A stretch of 27,637 nt of DNA, from positions 1 to 27,637 of the forward strand of contig NW_021833327.1 in assembly GCF_006345805.1 (NCBI RefSeq), given 5' to 3'. The position numbers and the translations under genes are program-made. Below are positions 9,857 to 20,880 of this stretch, piece by piece. This DNA comes from Octopus sinensis. Its lineage: Eukaryota. The notes beneath the pieces were generated by a model. The model was not told where the DNA came from and made no database searches. It worked only from the letters and a program-made list of their open reading frames with translations. Each line of letters starts with the position of its first letter. Position 1 is the first letter of the stretch.

Positions 9857-10708
9857 ACACGCACGCACACTCAAAGACGCATACAAAGACCAATCGAAAA
9901 AACAAAGAAGCTAAAAGGAAAATATATAATAATAATAGTAAATAAGTAGAAATTCATGCTAGTTAATCATGTATTCTGCGTTCTGTATATTTTGCAAGAT
10001 GGCGGTATTAAAGAAGATTTAGCGTTCGTTTTATATTTTTCTTCTCCCTTTCTATGTCTTCTCGTATTTTTCACACTTTTGTCTAACTTTAATGCTTTTC
10101 AGCATTGAATGTGATCAAACTCACGTGAAACTCGAGCAAGACTTAGTGGCAAAGTGAAAATCCAGGATAGATTAACAATGATTAAATACCGGGCTTTGTG
10201 GATAGATGGCTAGCTGGCTGGTTCGCTGGCTGGGCGAATGTGAGAATGTTGGTTTGAATGGTGGAAAATAAAATATTTAAAAAGACGAGGGAATAAAGAA
10301 AGAAACATACACATGAGAACAGAAAGAAAGAAAGAACAAATGAAAGAAAGAAAGAACAAAAGGAAGTAAGAAAGAACAAAAGGAAGTAAGAAAGAATGAG
10401 TGAAAGAAAAGAAAGGAGATATCTAGAACCATTCATTGTTTTAAAAGAAGAACGGAACGGTTGCGGATTATCGTCTCGTTTTTCATTCATTTTAATAGGA
10501 ATCAGGTTCTGATGCAATCTTACTAGATTCGTATGTATGTATGTACTATCACGTGTGTGTGTGTGTACGCATACGTATATTTATGATGAGATATCGCGCT
10601 AGCCAGCAAGTTAGATACACGCTATCTCAAAGTTTGCGTTTTGGGACTGATGTGCTTTTATATAGAGTGATTTCACTTCATTATATATATATATATATAT
10701 ATATATTG

Positions 10709-11126
10709 TTTTATTCTTTTATTTGTTTCAGTCATTTGACTGAGGTCATGCTGGAGCACCACCTTTAGTCGAACAAATCGGCCCCAGGACTTATTCTTTG
10801 TAAGCATAGTACTTATTCTATCGGTCTCTTTCGTCGAACCGCTAAGTTACGGGTACTAAACACACCAACATCGGTTGTCAAGCGATGGTGGTGGGGGGAC
10901 AAACACAGACACACTCACTCTCTCTCTCTCTCTCACACACACACACAGAAACGCATACACACATACACACATATAAATACGACGGGCTTCTTTCAGTTTC
11001 ATCTACCAAATCTACTCACAAGGCTTTTGTCGGCCTGAGGCTAAAGCAGAAGACACTTGCCCTAAGGTGCCACGCAGTGGGATTGAACCCAGAGCCATGT
11101 GGTTGGTAAGCAAGCTACTTACACAC
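10709..11126 (-). mobile_element. SINE family B (tRNA head, internal microsatellite, conserved 3' module)
   Basis: Reverse-complement head with gggttcaatcccactgcgtggcacc (B-box) and ggcaagtgtcttct, internal (TG)/(GA) repeats, and tail ...ggtgctccagcatg...aaatgactgaaacaa. Confidence 0.9.
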
Positions 11127-11810
11127 ATATATAATATATATGTAAAATATGTATACATATATATATATATATATATTATATTATATAATATATATATATA
11201 TTATATTATATATATATATAACATACACACACGCACACATACATGCATACACACATACACACTGCACGCACACGTAAGACATAACTGAATCCAATAAGAA
11301 TGCTGATGGTACATTTCAAAATTTGTATAAGTTAGAAAAAGTAGCAGAAGGTGTACAGTGAAATTGCGGTGGAGAGTGGAATATTCGACGTTTCGGACTC
11401 TTTTTCAGATTAAAGTTGACGAGCAAGAAATAAAAGAAAGACAGCAGAATTTAATATACTTTATACTAGAGAAACTAGATGCAACGGTTGATTGGAATCC
11501 TTACACACTAAATTTGCATGTATGTAGTTAACGTAATCTTCACACACAATCAGTGTGACGCAGCGTTTGACAATAGCAGACCTTTAAAATTTAAAGTATC
11601 ACCCATTTAAGGTACCATCCATCCATCCATCCATCCATCCAATCATTCCTCCAGTGAGCTTCAGAACAGGTTATGCCAACCTAATTTCATTTATAAGGCT
11701 TTGAACGAAGCTAGGCAAGGACAAAATCACTTGCTCAAGATATCAATCAATTCAATCGAATCCGGCAATTGCGATGCAAAATTCTCAAAATGCTCTGTCA
11801 TAGCACGCTG

Positions 11811-11853
<43 letters not shown>

Positions 11854-11950
11854 ACATATCAGCAGAGTATACTCACCCTTAAGGTATTAACCATGTAAGG
11901 TACTTCAATTTCCATGTAACAATAAAACTGTTATTGTATGGACATAAGTA

Positions 11951-12009
11951 AGTCGTACTTACAGATAGTCGTACTTACAGATAGTTGTACTTACAGTTAG
12001 TCGTACTTA
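11951..12009. repeat. 16-bp minisatellite (AGTCGTACTTACAGAT), ~3.7 copies
   Basis: Units start at 11951, 11967, 11983 and 11999. Confidence 0.9.
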
Positions 12010-12028
12010 GTACGCTGTAACTGCTACA

Positions 12029-12132
<104 letters not shown>

Positions 12133-12796
12133 AAGATGGGAATTTCGCATCTCTAATTACGCAACACATTCCGAGCGCGTATAATAAATAATAAACATAA
12201 TAATCATAAACAATAAACATTTATAATGTGCGTAAACTACTCATACTCAAACAATATCATGTCTAATATCACTCGCAGTAACATTAAAAACTTACACCCA
12301 CACAGCTTTCACCTTTAATACCGAAATCAGCTTCCAATGTCAAATCCTCTGCCCACACCAATGGATTATGTCTTCCCAATTCTCCAATGCCATGGTTGTA
12401 TATGAGATTCTCATTCCAGTTTATGATATTCCAAAGTACACACGGCTTACAGGTAATGACTTCAGATGCTTTCCCAATATAGGCGCTCCTTCAGTCAAAG
12501 GCAAAAGAAATCTCCATTTTCTTTATATGTACACTCCAGGGTTAAGGAAACGCTTCCCTCACTATACTTAGAGCATTCTCGAATAATACATAACTATTCA
12601 CCCGGAGTACGCAGCTGTCGTTTTTATCTCAGCGAGAAACTGCACACGTTGTAACAGCAATAAAAACAGAGCTCTCACTAGCTGCTGATACTATGTCACA
12701 AGAATACATATACCAAATATTTATTGCTTTTGCGTTTACGGGAGGTGTTCTGTTTTTGTATCAGACAACGGCAGAACAAACAGCAAAGACATTAAC

Positions 12797-13212
12797 CGGC
12801 GAGCTGGCAGAAACGTTAGCACGCCGGGCGAAATGCTTAGCGGCATTTCGTCTTCCGCTACGTTCTGAGTTCAAATTCTGCAGAGGTTGACTTTGCCTTT
12901 CGTCCTTTCGGGGTCGATTAAATAAGTACCAGTTACGCTCTGGGATCGATATAATCGACTTAATCCGTTTGTTTGTCCTTGTTTGTCCTCTCTGTGTTTA
13001 GCCCCTTGTGGGGAGTAAAGAAATAGGTATTTCGTCTGCCGCGACGTTCTGAGTTCAAATTCCGCCGAGGTCGACTTTGCCTTCCATCCTTTCAGGATCT
13101 ATTAATTAAGTACCACTTACGCACTGGGGTAGATGTAATCGACTTAATCCCATTTTCTGTCCTTGCTTGTCCCCTCTATGTTTAGCCCCTTGTGGGCAAC
13201 AAAAAATTAATA
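12797..13212 (+). mobile_element. SINE family A, dimeric form
   Basis: Head cggcgagctggcagaaacgttagc, then two ~180-bp units (acgttctgagttcaaatt...aagtacca...atcgacttaatcc...tttagccccttgtggg). Confidence 0.88.
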
Positions 13213-13326
13213 TATTCCGTAAAATTTTACTAATACCTACATGAAGCTTACTTTCACACAATCTTTTATAAACTATATTCTCAATACTGGCATCTCTCTC
13301 TCTGTCTCTTTCTCTCTCTCACTATA

Positions 13327-13847
13327 TAATTTATCAAGCTTCTGTATTCCTAGCACATATTTCGCCTTAATGTACTGATATATGAAAAATATATGGCTTG
13401 TGTTAGTAATACCAGCGATTATAATTATTTTTATTTTATCGCAATTTGATTTGTTTACATATTTCTCGATAAATTACGAGCGCCAGGCGATATACCAGAA
13501 TTCCCTAGTTTTGTCGGGACGTTCGAGTCTGCGCAGTGATATGATAGTTAGGGAGAGTAAATCATTAAAGCACATGCTTCTAGTGAGTTAGGATCCCAGA
13601 AAGACAGGGTCTCACTGAAGAATTCTCCCTGAGCAAATAAATTATCTTTATTGCTGAAAAGAAAGAAACTGCAGTCTGAGAATTACCGGTTAGTAAATGT
13701 TTTTATCTTCATTTCACTTAATTTATCAAGCTTCTGTATTCCTAGCACATATTTCGCCTTAATGTACTGATATATGAAAAGTATATGGCTTGTGTTAGTA
13801 ATACCAGCGATTATAATTATTTTTATTTTATCGCAATTTGATCTGTT

Positions 13848-13849
<2 letters not shown>
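13327..13849 (+). repeat. 131-bp direct duplication (13327-13457 and 13719-13849)
   Basis: Offset 392 bp, 2 mismatches counted by hand. Confidence 0.95.
13382..13582 (+). CDS. Candidate coding exon: short N-terminus plus signal-anchor/TM helix (type II membrane protein-like)
   Basis: Acceptor cttctgtattcctag|C at 13353/13354, ATG at 13382, 67 codons MKNIWLVLVIPAIIIIFILSQFDLF...KHMLL, phase-0 donor CTA|GTGAGT at 13582/13583. No homology recognised. Confidence 0.35.
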
Positions 13850-13903
<54 letters not shown>

Positions 13904-14411
13904 GTATACGTAAATCTGTGTGTGTGCAGATTGATGGATTGAACTACAGTTCGTAAAATTCAGCTTACGGAAGCCTATCGGAAGGTAATTAAAGGACAAA
14001 TTACATCATTTCATTACAGTTATTAATTATGAAACAATTGTCGGATAATACTACCACTGCATAAACCTGAAGATTGCTCAAAGCATGGATGTACTTGTAT
14101 CATCAAAATATGTAACATTATAAAACAATAAAATTCTAAAACATACAAAAATATAACGTGAACCTAAGAGTGTTTTGGGATCTCATTGGGTAATATATTT
14201 ATTTGTGCAGAATTATATATCTGTGCAGAATTATATATATATATATATATATATATGCAAAGTTTGGGTTAGTTCAAATATGTTTGTGACATATGGGAAA
14301 TAACTGGTATACTTTTTAACTAAAATACAGTCAACAACATTGACTGATTTGCACCAATATTAGCGCCAAGTAATGTTTAGAAATAAATAAAAATAATAAA
14401 TAAATATATAT

Positions 14412-14653
14412 CAATGCGCCCTTTTAAAGCCTAGCCAGGTTCGTGAGCCCGGTTTCCCGTTTTCAATGGCGTATGAGTTCCCCAGCTAGACAGGACGCCA
14501 GTCCATCACGGCGTTACTCATTTTTGCCAGCTGAGTGGACTGGAGCAACGTGAAATGAAGTGTTTTGCTCAAGAATACAACGCGTCGCCCGGTCTAAGGA
14601 ATCGAAACCACAATCATGGTGCTGACACCCTAACCACTAAGCCACGCGCCTCC
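14412..14653 (-). mobile_element. tRNA-derived CORE-like SINE with a different tail
   Basis: Reverse complement: ggaggcgcgtggcttagtggttagg...gtttcgattcc...ttcttgagcaaaacacttcatttcacgttgctccagtccactcagctggcaaaaatgagt. Confidence 0.85.
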
Positions 14654-15424
14654 ATATATATATATATTATATATATATATAATATAAATAATATATATAT
14701 ATATATATGTATATAATGTTAGCTATGACACGTTGTCTGAAGAGGAGTCATACGTGACTATTCACTATTAGATTCATGTACAATTTATGTGACTTGACAC
14801 ATAATATTTATGTGCAATATGGTTTGAAGTGAAATGCTACGGAAACGATTGTAACAGATTTTATAATTAAGTTCTACTGTTATTTGCATCTTCAACTTTG
14901 TCGTTTGTTACCTACACGCACACACACACACACACACATACACAAAAGCATTAAAAAAAATAATAAATACGAGATTAACATTATGGAAGACAAAATGAGA
15001 ACATTGAGAATCTCATTGAGACAAAAGAAAGATAAATGTCCTTGACGTGTCGAGTTTAGGATCATCTTCAGAAAATTTTGACAGAAAGAAAAGCGTAGAG
15101 AGGAAAAAAAAAAGAAAGAAAATTGTAACAAGAGTAATGGAGAAATAGGCGTTTGTTTGTGGCAGTTATACAGAAAAATCTCTGCCACAAAGAGAAACTG
15201 GGAGAAGAGGGAGTGCGAGGGGGGAAGAAAGAGGGAGAGAGAGAGGAGAAAGAGAGAGAGATATAGATAAATATATATGTAGGGATACGTATACTGTTCT
15301 ATATTATATATGTGTGTGTCTCTGTGTGTGTATATACGTACATATATACACACACGCACACACACACAGGTACATACATACATACATATTTACATATCAT
15401 ACATATACATAATATATATATATT

Positions 15425-15463
<39 letters not shown>

Positions 15464-15553
15464 CATAAATATATTCACACACACATATGCATATATATAC
15501 ATTCATATATATATATACATATAACATATACATACATATATACATACATATAT

Positions 15554-15598
<45 letters not shown>

Positions 15599-16546
15599 AC
15601 ACACACACACACACATTATATAATATATATATATATATATATAAATATATATATATGTATATATACATATATATATATTTCTGTATGCACGTATATATAT
15701 ACATACATATATATGGGCATCGATTATATCTATCTATCTCTATATTTATATATTCATGCGTGTATGTATGTGTATATATATATATGATAGCACAAGATAT
15801 TTATCAGTTACATATTCTATATAATGTATTTCTGAAAAAAATTTAAAAAAAGAGCTGAAAAGATTTTAGAAATAGTTCCACAATATACCGACTTTATAGC
15901 AGCTGTAGATTTCACATTCTTTAGAATATTCTGTAATATTTCTTCAGAATTCACCATCAACTGTATTTTATATGATACAGCCAGCAGGGGATGCGAAAGA
16001 AAATGAACATTAAATTTATAGTCCGTAAATGAGTTGTACTTACCTGAAATAGAAAGAAAAAATCTCAGTAAGTTAGTGTTAACAATAGGATAAGTACGTT
16101 CGTACACACAGGCACCCACACAAACACATGTATATATATACATGCATACATACATTCACACACACACACACACAAACACGCACACATATATTATATATAT
16201 ATATATATATATACATACCCTCATGCATATATAAGTACATATATATATATACATAAAAGCTCATACGTATATAGATATTCATATTAATTCATATTATACA
16301 CACACACATTTATCTATCTCTCCCTATATATAATCACAGACACGCACACACACACACATATGTATATAAGTATGTGTATATATGTATGTGTGTGTATGTG
16401 AGTAGGCGAACAAACGAAAGAAAGTACTAGTCGACATTTCCTTACGGAATTGTAAGTATTTAACAATTGTTCCACATTACTTAAAGTTTCGTGGGCGTTG
16501 AAAGCTTCCACACACACACACACACATATATATGTCTGTGTATATG

Positions 16547-16604
<58 letters not shown>

Positions 16605-16949
16605 CACCCAGACACATTTATATATATATATGTCCATGTATATATGTATATATCCATGTATATATGTAATTATGTTTTGTGTTTACGTATGTGCATCCAT
16701 TTATATTACGAAGCGGTAAAAGAAAAACTGAAAACCACATATTTGCTATTTTTGATAGCTTATTCTCATCATGTGAAATATTGATATAAATTCGTTTCTC
16801 TGCTCGAAACACAAACTCAAATTTGTCAAAGTAGCTTGTTTTGCCATCACCAGTTTCATCAGACGCTTGAAACTGTTTCTTCTCCACCTTTGCTGGTTTC
16901 TGCACTTAATGTTCTGTTGACTTACAAAAGACAGTGAAATGTTCGAATA

Positions 16950-17040
16950 ATTAGATGACGGATAGAATGCCTTCGGTATTTGATGTCTGCCTCTGCTCTG
17001 AGTTAAATCTCGCACAGGAAAATTTTGCATGTCTTTATTT
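16950..17040 (+). mobile_element. Highly degenerate SINE family A fragment
   Basis: aatgccttcggtatttgatgtctgcc...tctgagttaaatctcgc resembles the family A body. Confidence 0.5.
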
Positions 17041-17697
17041 CAAAACTAAGGACAAATTACTAATCTTTAGCTTTGGATTGGTGGAATTGTTAGGGAACAG
17101 GAACTCATTTTCTCTCTCGAAACGTACACACCTTTTGGTCTGAATTCACGGTCTCAGTTTTGTAAACTTGCACCTTATCCCACCTGCTCCAGAATTTACA
17201 CCTTTTCCGACATCTTCTCCGTAGCATCATGTGCAACCTCTATTATAGTCTCCTCGCCTTCATCTTATACCCGCATATTTCTTCCCACATTTATAGACAC
17301 ACCCTCAACACATATATACAGTTTTCACATATATACACCTGCCTCCCTTCCACATCCCTCCTATACACACACACATCTTTAACTTATACAGGTACACAGA
17401 CACTCACACATCCCATCTCATCTCTTTGACACACACACACAAACATACCGGAATGCAGACACGCATATTTACACAGACCAAACTGTTGGCGCATTCACAC
17501 TCACACACACATATACGTGTCTACACACACATATACAAGCAAGAAAATGTATGTGTATATATTTATACACACACACATACACACACACACATAAAGTTTT
17601 ATTCTAGCTGAAAGGATTTCACAAGTTCTTTATAATAATCCATCAGTGGACAGTTGTGAATGTTTGCAAACCATGGTTTATAAGTATTTATAATAGT

Positions 17698-18080
17698 GGA
17701 GGCGCAATGGCCCAGTGGTTAGGGCAGCGGACTCGCGGTCATAGGATTGCGGTTTCGATTCCCAGACCGGGCGTTGTGAGTGTTTATTGAGCGAAAAACA
17801 CGTAAAGCTCCACGAGTCTCCGGCAGGGGATGGTGGTGATCCCTGCTGTACTCTTTCACCACAACTTTCTCTCACTCTTACTTCCTGTTTCTGTTGTACC
17901 TGTATTTCAAAGGGCCGGCCTTGTCACTCTCTGTGTCACGCTGAATATCCCCGAGAACTACGTTAAAGGTACACGTGTCTGTGGAGTGCTCAGCCACTTA
18001 CACGTTAATTTCACGAGCAGGCTGTTCCGTTGATTCGGATCAACCGGAACCCTCATCGTCGTAGCCGACGGAGTGCTTCC
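17698..18080 (+). mobile_element. Full-length tRNA-derived SINE (separate family)
   Basis: A-box tggcccagtgg, B-box-like gtttcgattcc, then a ~320-bp body ending cgacggagtg. Confidence 0.85.
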
Positions 18081-18246
18081 ATCTCATCCATAAGTATTTA
18101 TTATTAATCAGATAATACTCTACCTCTGGTATTCCAGTGCTATTTTCCCCACCTCGCTTTGCACGGATGTGCAACTCATGGTATACATACATACATACAT
18201 ACATACATACATACATACATACATACATACATACATACACACACAC

Positions 18247-18277
<31 letters not shown>

Positions 18278-18278
18278 C

Positions 18279-18329
<51 letters not shown>

Positions 18330-18340
18330 ATATATATATC

Positions 18341-18888
18341 ATCTGGATCACCTGGATCGGCCAGGCTTCTGGTGCCGAGTCGGCTCCACTGGTCACGACA
18401 TTCGCTCCATTCCCATCGTGCACTCGCCATTCCTCCACGTTCCTCCAAACACTTTTCTTAACTCATCTTCCCACACGATTGAAGGTTTCCTGAGTGTATT
18501 TTCCGCTCGCGCGGGTACCACTCAACGACTGCACGGGTACACTAATCGTCTGTGAACCTTGCAATATGAACAGCCCATCGTAGCTTTGTGTGGTAGTATT
18601 CTGCGACGACGTCCTTCACTCTTTTTCTATGCCTGCTCTCATTTCGAATGTGATCTCTTAGACTATGATGGAGAATGAGATCTCACGAAGGGTAAAAACA
18701 GGATAGAGCGCGTTCAACTTGGTGAAGGATGTGCTGAAGGCGAACCTAGACAAGGGCAATTCGCGCCAATCTCTTCAACAGCACAGTTTTGCCTACAATG
18801 TTATACGCATGTGAGATACTCAGGCCTTGACGAAGAAGAACAACATCTGATGACGATGCTAGGAATCTCGCTAAGACATCACATCCGA
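18341..18888 (-). mobile_element. RTE-clade LINE 3' remnant with inverted 5' segment
   Basis: 18661->18341 (minus): KDVVAEYY..KLRWAVHIARFTDD..TRAVVEWYPRERK...WEDELRKVFG, ending in ccaggtgatccagatga. 18662->18888 (plus): ENEISRRVKTG*SAFNLVKDVLKANLDK..RANLFNSTVLPTMLYACE...MLGISLRHHIR. Confidence 0.85.
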
Positions 18889-18901
18889 TATATATATATA
18901 T

Positions 18902-18943
<42 letters not shown>

Positions 18944-19039
18944 TATATATGTACATATTATTTGTACATATATATATATATAATATACATATACACACAC
19001 ATACACATATCATACATATATATACGTATATATATGCAT

Positions 19040-19098
<59 letters not shown>

Positions 19099-19126
19099 AT
19101 ATAAACATACATACACACATGCTTTG

Positions 19127-19200
<74 letters not shown>

Positions 19201-20020
19201 TCATCACATGATCAGGAATAACAAATTACGCAATAGATTCAAAATCTAGAATATATTTATGTCTTTACTATAATATCGACGTTTGGCTAAATTTATAAGT
19301 CTGTGTTCAAGCATGTCTTAGGGGGCAAAATTTTGGTCTCTGAAGCTTTTGGAGAACTTAAAACAATAAAAAAATTACAGTAAAGCCAATATCAACGTAC
19401 ACATATACAACTATGCCTCTCTCTCTTTATACGTACACACACACACACATACACACACACACATATACGGACATAGGCGAATATATACGATGTGTACGCA
19501 TTCACGTATTGAAACAGCCACACATACATATATATATAAAGTTATCTGTAGACTTATTCACACATCAACATTTACATCTGCTTATAATACTAACAACAAC
19601 AACAACGATAATAATAATATCAATACGAAAAATATCAGTTATGAAACTATAATACAATGTTGGTGCTAGTTTCACTACTAATAATGCATACATATATGCA
19701 TGCACATATTCATATTTAAGGATACACACATGCACACATATACACACATACAAACACACAAATTTATATATATGTATATGTGTATACACATATATAAATA
19801 TGCACACATATACATATGTATGTATATATTTATATATATCTATATTTATATAAGTATATAAATGTACATTTATATATAGATATACATACGTTTATACATT
19901 TATGTGCATATTAATACATACATACAATTTTTTTATATGCAAATGTATATAACTATATGCATATCCAAACATACACAAACACATATTTTCTCTTTCTCTG
20001 TCTCTTTCTCTTTTTTTCTC

Positions 20021-20265
20021 TTTTACTTGCTTCAGTCATTCGACTGCAGCCATAATACCTCGACCCCGGGACTTATTCTTTTGTAAGCCCAGTACTTATT
20101 CTATCGGTCTCTTTTGCCAAACCGCTAAGTAACGGGGACATAGACACACCAGCATCGGTCGTCAAGCAATGCTAGGGGGATAAACACAGACACACAAACA
20201 CACACCAGCACGTCGTCAAGCAATGCTAGGGGGACAAACACAGACACAAACACACACACATACAT

Positions 20266-20325
<60 letters not shown>

Positions 20326-20488
20326 GATGGGCTTCTTTCAGTTTCCGTCTACCAAATCCACTCACAAGGCTTTGGTCGGCCCGAGGCTATAGCAGAAGAC
20401 ACTCGCCCAAGGTGCCACGCAGTGGGATTGAACCCGGAACCATGCGGTTGGTAAACAAGCTACTTACCACACAGCCAATCCTGCGCCT
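20021..20488 (-). mobile_element. SINE family B with internal tandem duplication and (TA)n
   Basis: Same architecture as 10709-11126. The block caccagca..gtcgtcaagcaatgctagggg occurs twice. Confidence 0.9.
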
Positions 20489-20548
20489 GTATATATACAT
20501 ATACATTTCAATACGTTCAAAGATATAAGTACACAAACATACATGTAT

Positions 20549-20880
20549 CATAGCTGCACCCTCTTAAGCGGAAAGTGTAACCTCTCGAAAGAGCTGTTCT
20601 TCACTCCTGCTCCAGAGCGTCGGTTGCGGGGTCATTCCGAAAAGCTCTACCTGCGACGATTTCATCTCAATCGAAGGAGAGGAGCTTTCTCCGTCCGGGT
20701 TGCGGATCCGTTGAACAAGCTGCCACGAGAGATGTGAAGATGCCGACGACCGCTTTGTTCAAAGCCTCCCTGGACCTCAAGTGGCCTGAACTCTTTACAT
20801 GAACACCACCCTGTACTTAACTCCATGTCTCCCTACATGGCCTTGCTATTTGCTTTTGAGCCAAATTAACTAACTAACTA
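20549..20880 (+). mobile_element. CR1/L2-type LINE 3' end
   Basis: LSGKCNLSKELFF...RLRGHSEKL...RRGAFSVRVADPLNKLP, then after a frameshift ...FKASLD. This matches the CR1 'RGH..KL..R..FFS.RVV..WN.LP...FK..LD' tail. Ends in (TAAC)n. Confidence 0.85.

Noticed and set aside
11951-12009. CRISPR-like array
   Set aside because: Contiguous 16-bp units with no unique spacers, in a eukaryotic context without cas genes. The same applies to the 72-bp and 131-bp direct repeats.
13931-13985. Plus-strand exon ending at GAAG|GTAATT
   Set aside because: All three frames from the tgcag acceptor contain stops; the alternative acceptor lacks a pyrimidine tract.
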